Program-made: the position numbers and the translations under genes
Notes under the pieces: model-generated
What the model saw: only the letters and a program-made list of their open reading frames with translations
Database searches by the model: none
Told to the model about the DNA's origin: nothing
From: a virus
Taxonomy: Duplodnaviria; Heunggongvirae; Uroviricota; Caudoviricetes
IMG/VR virus record: IMGVR_UViG_644736365_000004
Strand: one strand, 5' to 3'
DNA length: 30,979 nt
Part shown: piece by piece, positions 1-8,238 of the stretch
Layout: every line of letters begins with the position of its first letter
How positions within the stretch are numbered: position 1 is the first letter of the stretch

Positions 1-290
1 CTATTTATCGGAAGGTTTATCTTGCTGCGGTTTGTTGTTGACCATATCGCACAACATAGAGAGCAGCATTAACCGTACTTTAAAGGGAGAATGACTAAAC
101 ACGCGCATACACCTCTTGAACTCATTCATAAGACCTCCTGACTTGCTAATCCCGTCGATCCTTGAGGGATGATTGCATTACATACAGATATAGCACAGGC
201 TATATTATAAAGCATTAACTATCTACGAAAAACAGTAACTTACAGTGTTATCAATAAGTTACGTTAGTTAATATTCGTGAGTATTCGGCA

Positions 291-390
291 GTGTTTCTAA
301 GTTATCGCGACAATTTTGCGACATTTTAAGGGGTTAAGCGTACAGCTTCTTCAAGGTAGCTTGGGGCGAAATGCACCGCGCAATGCGGGG
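291..390 (-). pseudogene. integrase 3'-end remnant (partial duplicate of the int C-terminal region)
   Basis: 322-375 aligns with 1222-1276 (3' end of the intact int) with a few mismatches and one 1-nt indel; 291-301 matches 1202-1212. Minus-strand translation reads ...HFAPSYLEEAVRLTP* versus int ...HFAPSHLEDAVRLNPLKC... Similarity is lost right of ~390, so only about 20 C-terminal codons remain. Confidence 0.45.
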
Positions 391-467
391 GTAGCGGCTG
401 CAAGCCAGAAAGCGGCTGAAATTAAAATGGGTACGCTTACAGAGTGATTACCTTTTCAATTGTTATG

Positions 468-497
468 TTGAGTTAGCTGCTTGAAGTTATGTAGAAT
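468..497 (+). promoter_or_regulatory. candidate sigma70 promoter for the 580-1161 ORF
   Basis: TTGAGT (468-473), 18-nt spacer, TAGAAT (492-497), about 80 bp upstream of the ATG at 580. Hexamer match only. Confidence 0.2.
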
Positions 498-579
498 TTC
501 TATTCTAAGAACTAGAGTAGGGTGAACGACTGCTTTAGGAACACGGTGGGTAACCATTTCAACTTTTTGTGGACAAGTA

Positions 580-1161
580 ATGAATATACTTACTCAGTAT
601 GGGAAAGAAATATTTGCACTTTTTGTTCCTATTTTTACCTTATTTATCAATAAGATTTTTAAAAATGGAGCGAAAATTTGCTATGGAGAGCTTCACCAAT
701 ATAGCTATTTAATTAACGAGCCGTTACGTAATGCTGAAGGTGAAATTGTTAAGGCAAAACAGGTGGTGCATACAAAATCCTATGCCTTTAAAAACGAAGG
801 AAAAGAACCTGCTACTAATGTGGAGATAATTTTCAATTACCCACCTATGTACGTAAACATTTGGCCCTCAAGGCATTACACAATTAAGAGTGATGCCGAA
901 GAAAGGCAGGTTATGTTGTTTGATTATCTTGCACCACATGAATCTATACGATGTGAGGTTATGTCGATAAATACTGACTTACCCGCGTTGCTCACAGTGA
1001 GATGTAAAGAAGGAATTGCACGAAATATAACCTTGGTTCCTCAAAAACTTCACCATCCGGCCTTTATTCATTTTTGTCAACTATTGCTGTTTCTGGGGTC
1101 TGTAACTTTAATCTACATTGTTGTTGTTTTCCTCCAGTGGTTGTTGCTGAAAACAGGTTAG
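580..1161 (+). CDS. hypothetical membrane protein, cargo gene between int remnant and int
   Basis: 193-aa ORF in a visibly AT-rich segment, convergent with int. Hydrophobic N-terminal segment (FALFVPIFTLFINKIF) and C-terminal TM helix (FCQLLLFLGSVTLIYIVVVFLQWLLL) flank a ~140-aa soluble region. No recognisable family. Confidence 0.5.
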   Translation: MNILTQYGKEIFALFVPIFTLFINKIFKNGAKICYGELHQYSYLINEPLRNAEGEIVKAKQVVHTKSYAFKNEGKEPATNVEIIFNYPPMYVNIWPSRHYTIKSDAEERQVMLFDYLAPHESIRCEVMSINTDLPALLTVRCKEGIARNITLVPQKLHHPAFIHFCQLLLFLGSVTLIYIVVVFLQWLLLKTG

Positions 1162-1181
1162 AGACCTTTTATCCTTGTTGT

Positions 1182-2237
1182 TTATGTTTTGGTACTCGAC
1201 AGTATTTCTAAGCTGCTGCGGCATTTTAAGGGATTAAGCCGCACAGCGTCTTCAAGGTGGCTTGGGGCGAAATGCGCATACCGCATTGTCATAGTGATAT
1301 CGGCATGGCCGAGGATTTTTTGGAGAACCAGAATGTTGCCGCCGTTCATCATAAAGTGGCTGGCAAATGTATGGCGTAGTACGTGGGTAAGCTGACCTGC
1401 TGGTAGTTCAATGCCAGCACGTTCCAGAGCGGAACGGAAAGCGTTATAGCAGGGCTTTGGAAACAGAGCGCCTTTTGTTTCGGGTAGTTCAGCCAGCAGT
1501 TCATCATCTAACGGAATGGTACGGTTCCTTTTCCCTTTTGTTTTTATGAAGGTGACTTTTCCGCCAGCTATCTGGGAACTTTTGAGTGTTGCCGCTTCAT
1601 TCCATCTTGCGCCAGTCGCCAGACAGATTTTTACGACTAACTCTAAATAACTTACTTTACTGCGTTTGCATTCCAGCAAAAGCCGATCAATTTCCTCAGC
1701 AGTGAGAAATGCCATTTCAGTTTCATCTGTACGGTACTGTCTGACGTTCTCCAGTGGGTTAGGGGCTGACCACTCACCGATCCGTTTCAGTTCATTGAAC
1801 ATAGCCAGAAAATATGCGTGTTCAAGGTTCATTGTTTTAGGTGAAACCTTAGAAACACGGTTAGTACGGGCATAATGCCCTTCAAGCCTTTTTGCACGGT
1901 ATGCTGTAAACAGCTGGGCATTAAACTCAGTGGCCAGCGGAAAACCCATACACTCCGCCGCCCAGGTCATTGCGTCTTTACGCTTTTTACCATTGCGTAG
2001 GGCAACGCCGTGGCGCTCGTACCACATTGTAATCAGGTCGATTAATGTTCGTTTATCTTTCCCTTCACCTAACCACGGCGCACTATCTACCTTTTGAAGC
2101 GTGTGATTCTCAAATGCCAGGGCTTCTCCCTTAGTGGCAAATTTTTTACGTATACGCTTCCCGTTTTTACCATTGCTGCGGTTGACGGTGTAGAAGTCGG
2201 CGATCCATTCGCCAGTAGGAAGTTTACGAACACTCAT
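1182..2237 (-). CDS. int: tyrosine site-specific integrase (P2/186-type)
   Basis: 351-aa ORF. C-terminal catalytic signature ATGARWNE ... HVLRHTFASH ... MTMRYAHF (R, H-x-x-R, Y). Sits next to the repressor at the prophage edge. Confidence 0.9.
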   Translation of the reverse strand: MSVRKLPTGEWIADFYTVNRSNGKNGKRIRKKFATKGEALAFENHTLQKVDSAPWLGEGKDKRTLIDLITMWYERHGVALRNGKKRKDAMTWAAECMGFPLATEFNAQLFTAYRAKRLEGHYARTNRVSKVSPKTMNLEHAYFLAMFNELKRIGEWSAPNPLENVRQYRTDETEMAFLTAEEIDRLLLECKRSKVSYLELVVKICLATGARWNEAATLKSSQIAGGKVTFIKTKGKRNRTIPLDDELLAELPETKGALFPKPCYNAFRSALERAGIELPAGQLTHVLRHTFASHFMMNGGNILVLQKILGHADITMTMRYAHFAPSHLEDAVRLNPLKCRSSLEILSSTKT

Positions 2238-2238
2238 T

Positions 2239-2820
2239 TTATTTAATCGTCAGAACTACGCGGCCAATGATTTTTATGTCGTCGATGCCACAATCAAAAG
2301 CCATGCCCACGCCACTAACTCTTACTTTGCGTACTGGAATTCTTGTCAGTGTACGAATGCTAATTTTTCCTTCTACTTCAACCAGCCAATCGTCGTCATA
2401 AACTTCAGAGTAAGACTGGTCAACGATGTACTGTACAAGACCATCCAAAACGCATAACGGCTGTTGTGGTAGTGATTTACCTGGTAGGAAAGTGACTTTA
2501 TCAAGCATAAGAGTGCCTGAGTCGTAAAGCTGGCCATCAACGATCTTGCTGCGTGGAATTCTGAGAATGTCTAATTCTTCATCATTAAATTTTGGGCCGT
2601 GACCAGTAGCTAGCCATTCCAGGTTAGCGCCTGTTTCAGCAACACATTTAACGACGATATCAGCTGGGAAAACTCCACGTTTATAGCGTGATGATAGAGA
2701 ACTGGCAGCCATGTCCAGATGTTCTGCTAGCTGTAACTTCTGCGTAAATCCGTAAGCCTCGATCACCCGATCCAGAATCGGGGTGCTGTCAACGTTCAGG
2801 TCAATTTTGAATGTGCTCAT
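2239..2820 (-). CDS. CI-type prophage repressor (phage 186 cI-like by size and position)
   Basis: ORF immediately upstream of int on the same strand, divergent from the Apl/CII-like operon. ATG at 2818-2820 (MSTFKIDLN...) gives 193 aa; the track start at 2862 is GTG. Start choice is uncertain. Confidence 0.55.
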   Translation of the reverse strand: MSTFKIDLNVDSTPILDRVIEAYGFTQKLQLAEHLDMAASSLSSRYKRGVFPADIVVKCVAETGANLEWLATGHGPKFNDEELDILRIPRSKIVDGQLYDSGTLMLDKVTFLPGKSLPQQPLCVLDGLVQYIVDQSYSEVYDDDWLVEVEGKISIRTLTRIPVRKVRVSGVGMAFDCGIDDIKIIGRVVLTIK

Positions 2821-2834
2821 AACGAATCCATAAA

Positions 2835-2884
2835 TCTCGATTCGAGAAATTGTGATTGACACTTCTCGAAACGCGAATTAATCT
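2835..2884 (+). promoter_or_regulatory. lysis-lysogeny switch region: operator-like palindrome and rightward promoter
   Basis: Perfect 13-bp palindrome TCTCGATTCGAGA (2835-2847). TTGACA (2856-2861), 17-nt spacer, TAATCT (2879-2884). A TCTCGAA half-site repeats inside the spacer (2864-2870). Lies between the divergent repressor and Apl-like genes. Confidence 0.35.
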
Positions 2885-2955
2885 GGCTCCACATTTCGAA
2901 TGCAGCCTTATATAACCCTGTATTGCCGTACAGGTTAACTTGTGGAGTTTGCCTT

Positions 2956-3177
2956 ATGCGTCCAAACATTACAATCATCATCCCAGAACCATACCTGCCT
3001 CTAGACGAGTATTGCCGCCGTACTGGTACTAACAAAGAAACCGCTAGGAACCTGATCGAATACGGAAAATTACCTATCAAGCCGAAGGGTAAGCAAAAGA
3101 AAGGCCTGGTCGAAGTCAACATGGCCGCGCTTACCATTCAGGCGTTAAGCGAATGTGATATTTCGCTTAACGCGTAA
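2956..3177 (+). CDS. Apl/Cox-like small DNA-binding regulator or excisionase
   Basis: 73-aa ORF from the ATG at 2956, with GGAG 8 nt upstream. Divergent from the repressor, first gene of the rightward early operon. Basic patch GKLPIKPKGKQKKG is typical of Cox/Apl-type proteins. Confidence 0.5.
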   Translation: MRPNITIIIPEPYLPLDEYCRRTGTNKETARNLIEYGKLPIKPKGKQKKGLVEVNMAALTIQALSECDISLNA

Positions 3178-3207
3178 TCCATCCTACGGATTAGGGAGAG
3201 GCAAACA

Positions 3208-3711
3208 ATGTTTGATTACCAGACCTCTAAACATGCTCACTTTGATGCGGCTTGCCGAGCATTTGCAATTGAACACAATCTGGAAGATGTAGCCGCTGCC
3301 GTTGGTATGAGGCCGCAGATTCTGCGTAACAAATTGAATCCAGCACAGCCGCACCGTTTAACCTGTGACGAGCTTTTAGCTATTACGGATTACACCGAAG
3401 ATGCACGTTTACTGGATGGAATGCTGGGGCAGATAAACTGCCTCCCATCCGTACCGGTGAACAATGCCACAGAAGGCAACATGCAGTTGTGTGCACTAAG
3501 TGCCACAGCCTGTGTGGGTGCAATTGCTGGGGAAGCCGTATCAACTGGTCATATGACCGCCGCCCGCCGTACACAAATTCTGGATCGCGCTCGCGATGCC
3601 ATCCGCAGCTTATCCGTGCTGGCTTATACCGTTGAAAGCCGTATCCAGTCTGCGCCCGTTTTGGCCGCAGCGGTGGATCTGGTGACGGCTAATGCGACCG
3701 GCTTGATGTGA
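3208..3711 (+). CDS. CII-like regulatory protein (phage 186 CII family)
   Basis: 167-aa ORF with strong RBS GGGAGAGG. N-terminus MFDYQTSKHAHFDAACRAF...LRNKLNPAQPH resembles 186 CII as I recall it. Position after Apl matches the 186 early operon. Confidence 0.6.
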   Translation: MFDYQTSKHAHFDAACRAFAIEHNLEDVAAAVGMRPQILRNKLNPAQPHRLTCDELLAITDYTEDARLLDGMLGQINCLPSVPVNNATEGNMQLCALSATACVGAIAGEAVSTGHMTAARRTQILDRARDAIRSLSVLAYTVESRIQSAPVLAAAVDLVTANATGLM

Positions 3712-3720
3712 GGGAGCACC

Positions 3721-3893
3721 ATGAAAGCGTTCGTCACTTATCTGAAAAATGAATCACCGGCTAAGCAGCTGCCAAGCGGTTCCACTGGCTGGATCGAACT
3801 GCCAACTGGTCAGCGCTGGAATCCAAGTCATATGTACAAATTCAATGGTCAGCAACCGCGCCGTCCGTGGTGGCGTCGCCTGATGGGGCTATA
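3721..3893 (+). CDS. hypothetical small early protein
   Basis: 57-aa ORF (MKAFVTYLKNESPAKQL...), not in the ORF track because it is under 60 aa. GGGAG 5 nt upstream of the ATG, directly after the CII-like stop. Confidence 0.3.
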
Positions 3894-3902
3894 GGGGGGG
3901 TT

Positions 3903-4331
3903 ATGGCAATTAGTCAGGAACAGCAACAGCGCGGACTGGAACAGCTTAAAAAGATTCGCCGCAAATACTTCAATACCAGTAGTGAGGCTGCTGACTGGTG
4001 GGACAAATTAACACCTGAATGGCGCGGGGTAGTTCTCCATGCCGCCGCTGTTAATTCTGGCTTGAGTGTATTCAAAGCCCACTTAAGCAAATGCTGCTGG
4101 CGGGAGCTGTTTGAGCGTCTGGATTACCGGGCAATGATTCAACTGCGTTGCGGCATTTCACGAGCGCGTCTGACGATGAACGGATTCGGGTCATTGCGTG
4201 ACAGTGATTTTTCTAAAAGTACCGTGAACCGTCCGATAAAGCGGGTTTATCCAATCAATAACAATCGGGGGCCGCAGATGATTATCGCGCCTCACATCGT
4301 CCATAAGTTGCAACAACAAGGGAATCTCTGA
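3903..4331 (+). CDS. hypothetical early protein
   Basis: 142-aa ORF from the ATG at 3903, preceded by a G-rich Shine-Dalgarno. Stop overlaps the next start (TGATG). Confidence 0.4.
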   Translation: MAISQEQQQRGLEQLKKIRRKYFNTSSEAADWWDKLTPEWRGVVLHAAAVNSGLSVFKAHLSKCCWRELFERLDYRAMIQLRCGISRARLTMNGFGSLRDSDFSKSTVNRPIKRVYPINNNRGPQMIIAPHIVHKLQQQGNL

Positions 4332-4732
4332 TGGCCATTATTTCCGTTGAAGGTAAATCGTTAGGGGCTGAATTGGCCGCGTGGGGAGTTCCTCACAATT
4401 ACGCTGTGGCTTTTGCTGAGAAAAGTACCAGTAAAAATGGCCGTATCGCTTTGCATCCTTTCTTCTTCAATGACACCGAACACATGACTAACCCGCGTCA
4501 TTGGCTGGCGATAAATGCCGCTTTCTGGTGCTGCGTGTACCGCGAGGCAGAGAGCAAAGAAGCGCAAATTGAAGCAATTGCCGGAATCCGCGCAATTTTC
4601 TATACGGCCGGGGCGTTGGGTGTTGGCGAGATTAAAGCACTGATCCAGGAGTGGTGGCGGACAACGTACGAGCTGCACCTTATTCCAGCACCGAATCATT
4701 CCGCAGTCACTGTACAACCCGCTTTTCACTAA
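4331..4732 (+). CDS. hypothetical early protein
   Basis: 133-aa ORF translationally coupled to the upstream ORF. No recognisable motif. Confidence 0.4.
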   Translation: MAIISVEGKSLGAELAAWGVPHNYAVAFAEKSTSKNGRIALHPFFFNDTEHMTNPRHWLAINAAFWCCVYREAESKEAQIEAIAGIRAIFYTAGALGVGEIKALIQEWWRTTYELHLIPAPNHSAVTVQPAFH

Positions 4733-4799
4733 TTAACAACCTGAATTTTTTGGCCACAGCTTAGGTGGCCGGGGATTCTTTTGCCTTAAGGAAATCAAA

Positions 4800-5033
4800 A
4801 TGCACATGACACGTCAGGATTTACCCGCAACAAAATCAGGCACTGACCTGCTGGCTATGCTCACCAAAGCCACGCAGGAAGGTAAAGCAGCTGCTGCTGA
4901 TCTGTGTTCCACCCGCCTGGATAAGCTGGCCACCCATGCCGTCAATGAAGGTTTAAGCGCAACAGAAATCGTTGAGTTAATCCGCGAAGAAGCCGCAGCG
5001 ATTTGCAGTAAAGGCGGTGCAGCATGGCAGTAA
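4800..5033 (+). CDS. hypothetical small Ala-rich protein
   Basis: 77-aa ORF with RBS AAGGAAA. Its stop overlaps the dam start (ATGGCAGTAA). Confidence 0.35.
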   Translation: MHMTRQDLPATKSGTDLLAMLTKATQEGKAAAADLCSTRLDKLATHAVNEGLSATEIVELIREEAAAICSKGGAAWQ

Positions 5034-5893
5034 AAACTCCGCTTAAGTGGGTGGGCAGTAAAGCCCGCCTTATGCCGCAGTTGCTTCCCCATCTGCCGGA
5101 GGGCAAGCGCCTTATAGAACCTTTTGCTGGTTCCTGTGCAGTCATGATGAATACGGATTATGACGAGTACCTGATCGCTGATGTGAATCCTGATCTGGTT
5201 AATCTGTATAAGACTATGGCCTATCAGACTGATGCATTGCTCATTGAGCTGGAAGCTTTATTTTCTGCCGGTTCATTAGGCGATGAAGAAAGTCGCGCTG
5301 TTTTCTATTACGCGGTGCGTGATGCCTTCAACCAGTCCGGCAAATCCTTTGGTTCTGAATCTGTGGAAGCTGCTGCGCGTTTTCTTTATCTGAACCGTCA
5401 CTGCTTCAATGGCCTGTGCCGATACAATCGTCGTGGCCAGTTCAATGTTCCGTTTGGTAAGTACAAAAAAACCTACTTTCCTGCTGATGAAATCCGCGCT
5501 TTTGCAGAAAAAGCGAAACGTGCAACGTTCATTACTGCCCACTATTCAGAAACGCTTGATTTGGTAAGGGACGGGCATGACGTTGTTTATTGTGATCCGC
5601 CTTACCTGACTGATACCGACAATTTCACCGCGTACCATGAGCGCGGTTTTTCTCACATGGATCAGGGGCGGCTGGCGCGTAAGCTGCGCCGCCTGGCTGA
5701 GCGTGGGATTAAGGTTGTCGCGTCAAACAGCGATCTGGAAATGGTGCATTACCTGTATGCAGGATTTGACGCTGTGCGGGTAAATGCCCCACGCAGTGTG
5801 GGTGCAGCAGCTGCAAGCCAGAAAGTTGCCGCAGAGCTGATTCTTAAGTCACCTGCAAACCCCGCGATCGGCGTTAGGGCGGTGATGGCATGA
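5024..5893 (+). CDS. dam: DNA adenine (N6) methyltransferase, Dam family
   Basis: 289-aa ORF with AdoMet-binding motif EPFAGS near the N-terminus and catalytic DPPY (VYCDPPYL). N-terminus MAVKTPLKWVGSKARL is typical of Dam-type enzymes. Confidence 0.85.
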   Translation: MAVKTPLKWVGSKARLMPQLLPHLPEGKRLIEPFAGSCAVMMNTDYDEYLIADVNPDLVNLYKTMAYQTDALLIELEALFSAGSLGDEESRAVFYYAVRDAFNQSGKSFGSESVEAAARFLYLNRHCFNGLCRYNRRGQFNVPFGKYKKTYFPADEIRAFAEKAKRATFITAHYSETLDLVRDGHDVVYCDPPYLTDTDNFTAYHERGFSHMDQGRLARKLRRLAERGIKVVASNSDLEMVHYLYAGFDAVRVNAPRSVGAAAASQKVAAELILKSPANPAIGVRAVMA

Positions 5894-6102
5894 TGACGGA
5901 AATTATCACCGGCTTTTATGCCTTGTTTGCCTGTATCACTTTCGCCTTTCTCTTATGGGGCGAATGCCAGGACGAATTTGATCATGATGCTGAGGATTTA
6001 GGGTTAATCACACTGAGCGCGGTTTTCTGGCTACCACTGGTAGCGGCCGTACTTGTGGCCTTTCTGATTGATTTCTGGCGCAAGTGGGTTAACCGTGGTT
6101 GA
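5890..6102 (+). CDS. hypothetical small membrane protein (two predicted TM helices)
   Basis: 70-aa ORF. Start overlaps the dam stop (ATGATGA); its stop lies 1 nt before the replication gene ATG. Two hydrophobic stretches separated by an acidic loop. Confidence 0.4.
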   Translation: MMTEIITGFYALFACITFAFLLWGECQDEFDHDAEDLGLITLSAVFWLPLVAAVLVAFLIDFWRKWVNRG

Positions 6103-6103
6103 T

Positions 6104-8119
6104 ATGCTGGAGCCTGGCCAACACCATGCCGTCAATGCCTGGCGGCGTGAAACCTTTGCGCCTGGTACCCCGTCAGATGCGACGATCACCGAACGCCGCC
6201 TGTGGGCTGTTAACCCACAGGATTATGAATGGCGTTCCCAGTACCTGCATGAGATACCCGACTGGTTAGCCGGGTATTTCGGCAACCGTTACGAAAAGCT
6301 GCTGGCTGGTCGTGACGGGCGTCGCCGTGCCAATACATTCTTGCGCAAAACTATCGGCGAGAATGTATTGCCACGTCTGCGCAAAGTGGCTGCACGTTAC
6401 AAGCTGGCTGCTGATGCACTTGATCTTCCTTTCGGTAAGTCGCTGGAGCGACTGCCGTCACTTGACCGCCCGGACCTCAAAAAATTGGCTGGCCAGATAT
6501 CTGGCTGGATCTCACAGTCACTTTATGACTTCACCGATCAGTTTGTGGGCAGCACTGACGGTGCCGCAGAGCTGCGCCGCCGTACGCTGGAGTCTTACCG
6601 CCATTTATGCACGTGTTCCCTGATGCTGAACAATCAACCGCCGTACTGGGCAGAACATGAAGCTAATGGCGGACAACTGGAAACACGTAAGACTGAATCC
6701 GGGATTCTCCGCATGATGGCACCTGAATGGTGGTATCTGCGTCTTAAGCGGGCGCGGGATATGCAGCGTGAGCATATGGCCATTGCCGTGGGGCAGGTGC
6801 AAAAAGCAGCCAGTGCTTATGTGTCCCGTAAAACCCTGGGTGAATGGATAGACCAGAAAAAGCGGAACCTTGAGTTCTTTAAAAAGTTTGATCTGCTGAA
6901 TGATGAAGGGCTGCGTATTGCACTGGACAGCATGGTGCACCGCAGCGTTGCTAATCCGGCGATCCGTCGCTGTGAGCTAATGGTAAGAATGAGAGGATTT
7001 GAAGATATGGCCAATGAAGAAGGGCTGGCCGGTGAGTTTTACACCATCACCGCGCCATCGCGGTTCCATGCGGTACACAGCAAAGGGGGCTTTGTTTCAC
7101 AGTGGGATGGCTGCACCCCACAGGACACCCAGCGCTATTTATGTGGTGTATGGGCGAAAGCCCGCGCTGCTATTTCCCGTGCAGGTATCCATGTTTTTGG
7201 TTTTCGTGTGGTAGAGCCTCACCACGATGGGACACCGCACTGGCATATGCTGCTTTTTATGCGTCCTGGTGACGTGGATACCGTGCGCGATATTCTTTGC
7301 TATCACGCCAGAATTACCGACTCCGAAGAACTGCAAACGCCAAACGCGCTAAAGGCACGTTTTCATGTTGAAGCCATCGATCCCGCTAAAGGTTCGGCTA
7401 CGGGTTATATCGCCAAATACATATCCAAAAACATTGATGGATTTGCGCTGGATGGTGAGCAGGACGATGAAACAGGGGAAAGTCTGCGGGATATGGCCAA
7501 ATCCGTTTCTGCATGGGCTTCACGCTGGCGCATTCGCCAGTTTCAGCAGATTGGTGGTGCGCCGGTTACAGTCTGGCGTGAGCTGCGCCGGTTACGTGAT
7601 CAGGTACTGACTGACCGCAGAATGGATGCGGTTCTGGCTGCTGCGGATGTTGGGGACTGGGCGGCATATACCCAGGCACAGGGTGGCGCACTGGTTGCCC
7701 GCCGCGATCTGGTTGTTCGTCTGGCTTATGAAATCACTGAGCAGGGTAATGAATACGCAGAGGACGTGCAGCGCGTTCAGGGTGTCTATTCTCCATTGGT
7801 TCCAGATTCGGCGGTATGTACGCGCCTGGTGAAGTGGCAGAAGGTTGCGAAGTTGGCCGAAGCGCCAGCGGAGGCGGGTTTTTCTGGCGGCAACGCCGCC
7901 CCTTGGAGTTCTGTCAATAACTGTACGGAGGGTGGAACCCGCAGACGGTTAAAACTGGAATTGCGCAGCCGGGGTTTTGATGGTTCTGACGATGAAATAG
8001 CCATTCTCATGCGGGGCAGTGGTTTGAGATTTGGCCAGGTGGCATTGATTTACCGTAATGGCCGGTTGCAAGAGACACGAAGCGAGCCAACGCACGAGCT
8101 GTGGCCGGGGTGGTTGTAG
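6104..8119 (+). CDS. rolling-circle replication initiator (P2 gpA / 186 A family)
   Basis: About 671 aa from the ATG at 6104 (track start 6068 is TTG). Metal-binding HxH motif (PHWHMLLF) and tyrosine motif GYIAKYISKN are characteristic of gpA-type initiators. Size and position match. Confidence 0.8.
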   Translation: MLEPGQHHAVNAWRRETFAPGTPSDATITERRLWAVNPQDYEWRSQYLHEIPDWLAGYFGNRYEKLLAGRDGRRRANTFLRKTIGENVLPRLRKVAARYKLAADALDLPFGKSLERLPSLDRPDLKKLAGQISGWISQSLYDFTDQFVGSTDGAAELRRRTLESYRHLCTCSLMLNNQPPYWAEHEANGGQLETRKTESGILRMMAPEWWYLRLKRARDMQREHMAIAVGQVQKAASAYVSRKTLGEWIDQKKRNLEFFKKFDLLNDEGLRIALDSMVHRSVANPAIRRCELMVRMRGFEDMANEEGLAGEFYTITAPSRFHAVHSKGGFVSQWDGCTPQDTQRYLCGVWAKARAAISRAGIHVFGFRVVEPHHDGTPHWHMLLFMRPGDVDTVRDILCYHARITDSEELQTPNALKARFHVEAIDPAKGSATGYIAKYISKNIDGFALDGEQDDETGESLRDMAKSVSAWASRWRIRQFQQIGGAPVTVWRELRRLRDQVLTDRRMDAVLAAADVGDWAAYTQAQGGALVARRDLVVRLAYEITEQGNEYAEDVQRVQGVYSPLVPDSAVCTRLVKWQKVAKLAEAPAEAGFSGGNAAPWSSVNNCTEGGTRRRLKLELRSRGFDGSDDEIAILMRGSGLRFGQVALIYRNGRLQETRSEPTHELWPGWL

Positions 8120-8196
8120 CAGTATAAATCTGTGTAACACGTTCATTTGTCAGTAGATGGCAGGAAAATACATTTCACAATTTGTGCTTTACGGTG

Positions 8197-8216
8197 TACT
8201 GTATGTATATACAGTT
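8197..8216 (+). promoter_or_regulatory. LexA (SOS) box
   Basis: TACTGTATGTATATACAGTT fits the CTGT-N8-ACAG consensus, 23 bp upstream of the 8239 ORF. Confidence 0.6.
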
Positions 8217-8238
8217 ATATATTGTTTGTGGGGGCTAA

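Noticed and set aside
1-129. 42-aa minus-strand ORF at the extreme left edge (MNEFKRCMRVFSHSPFKVRLMLLSMLCDMVNNKPQQDKPSDK)
   Set aside because: Short, no convincing RBS, not recognisable, and in AT-rich sequence where short ORFs arise by chance.
397-412. 16-nt exact match (GCTGCAAGCCAGAAAG) between the left flank and the 3' end of dam (5810-5825)
   Set aside because: Flanking sequence diverges immediately on both sides, and a single 16-mer match in a 31-kb window is not far from chance. Not treated as a recombination scar without a computed alignment.
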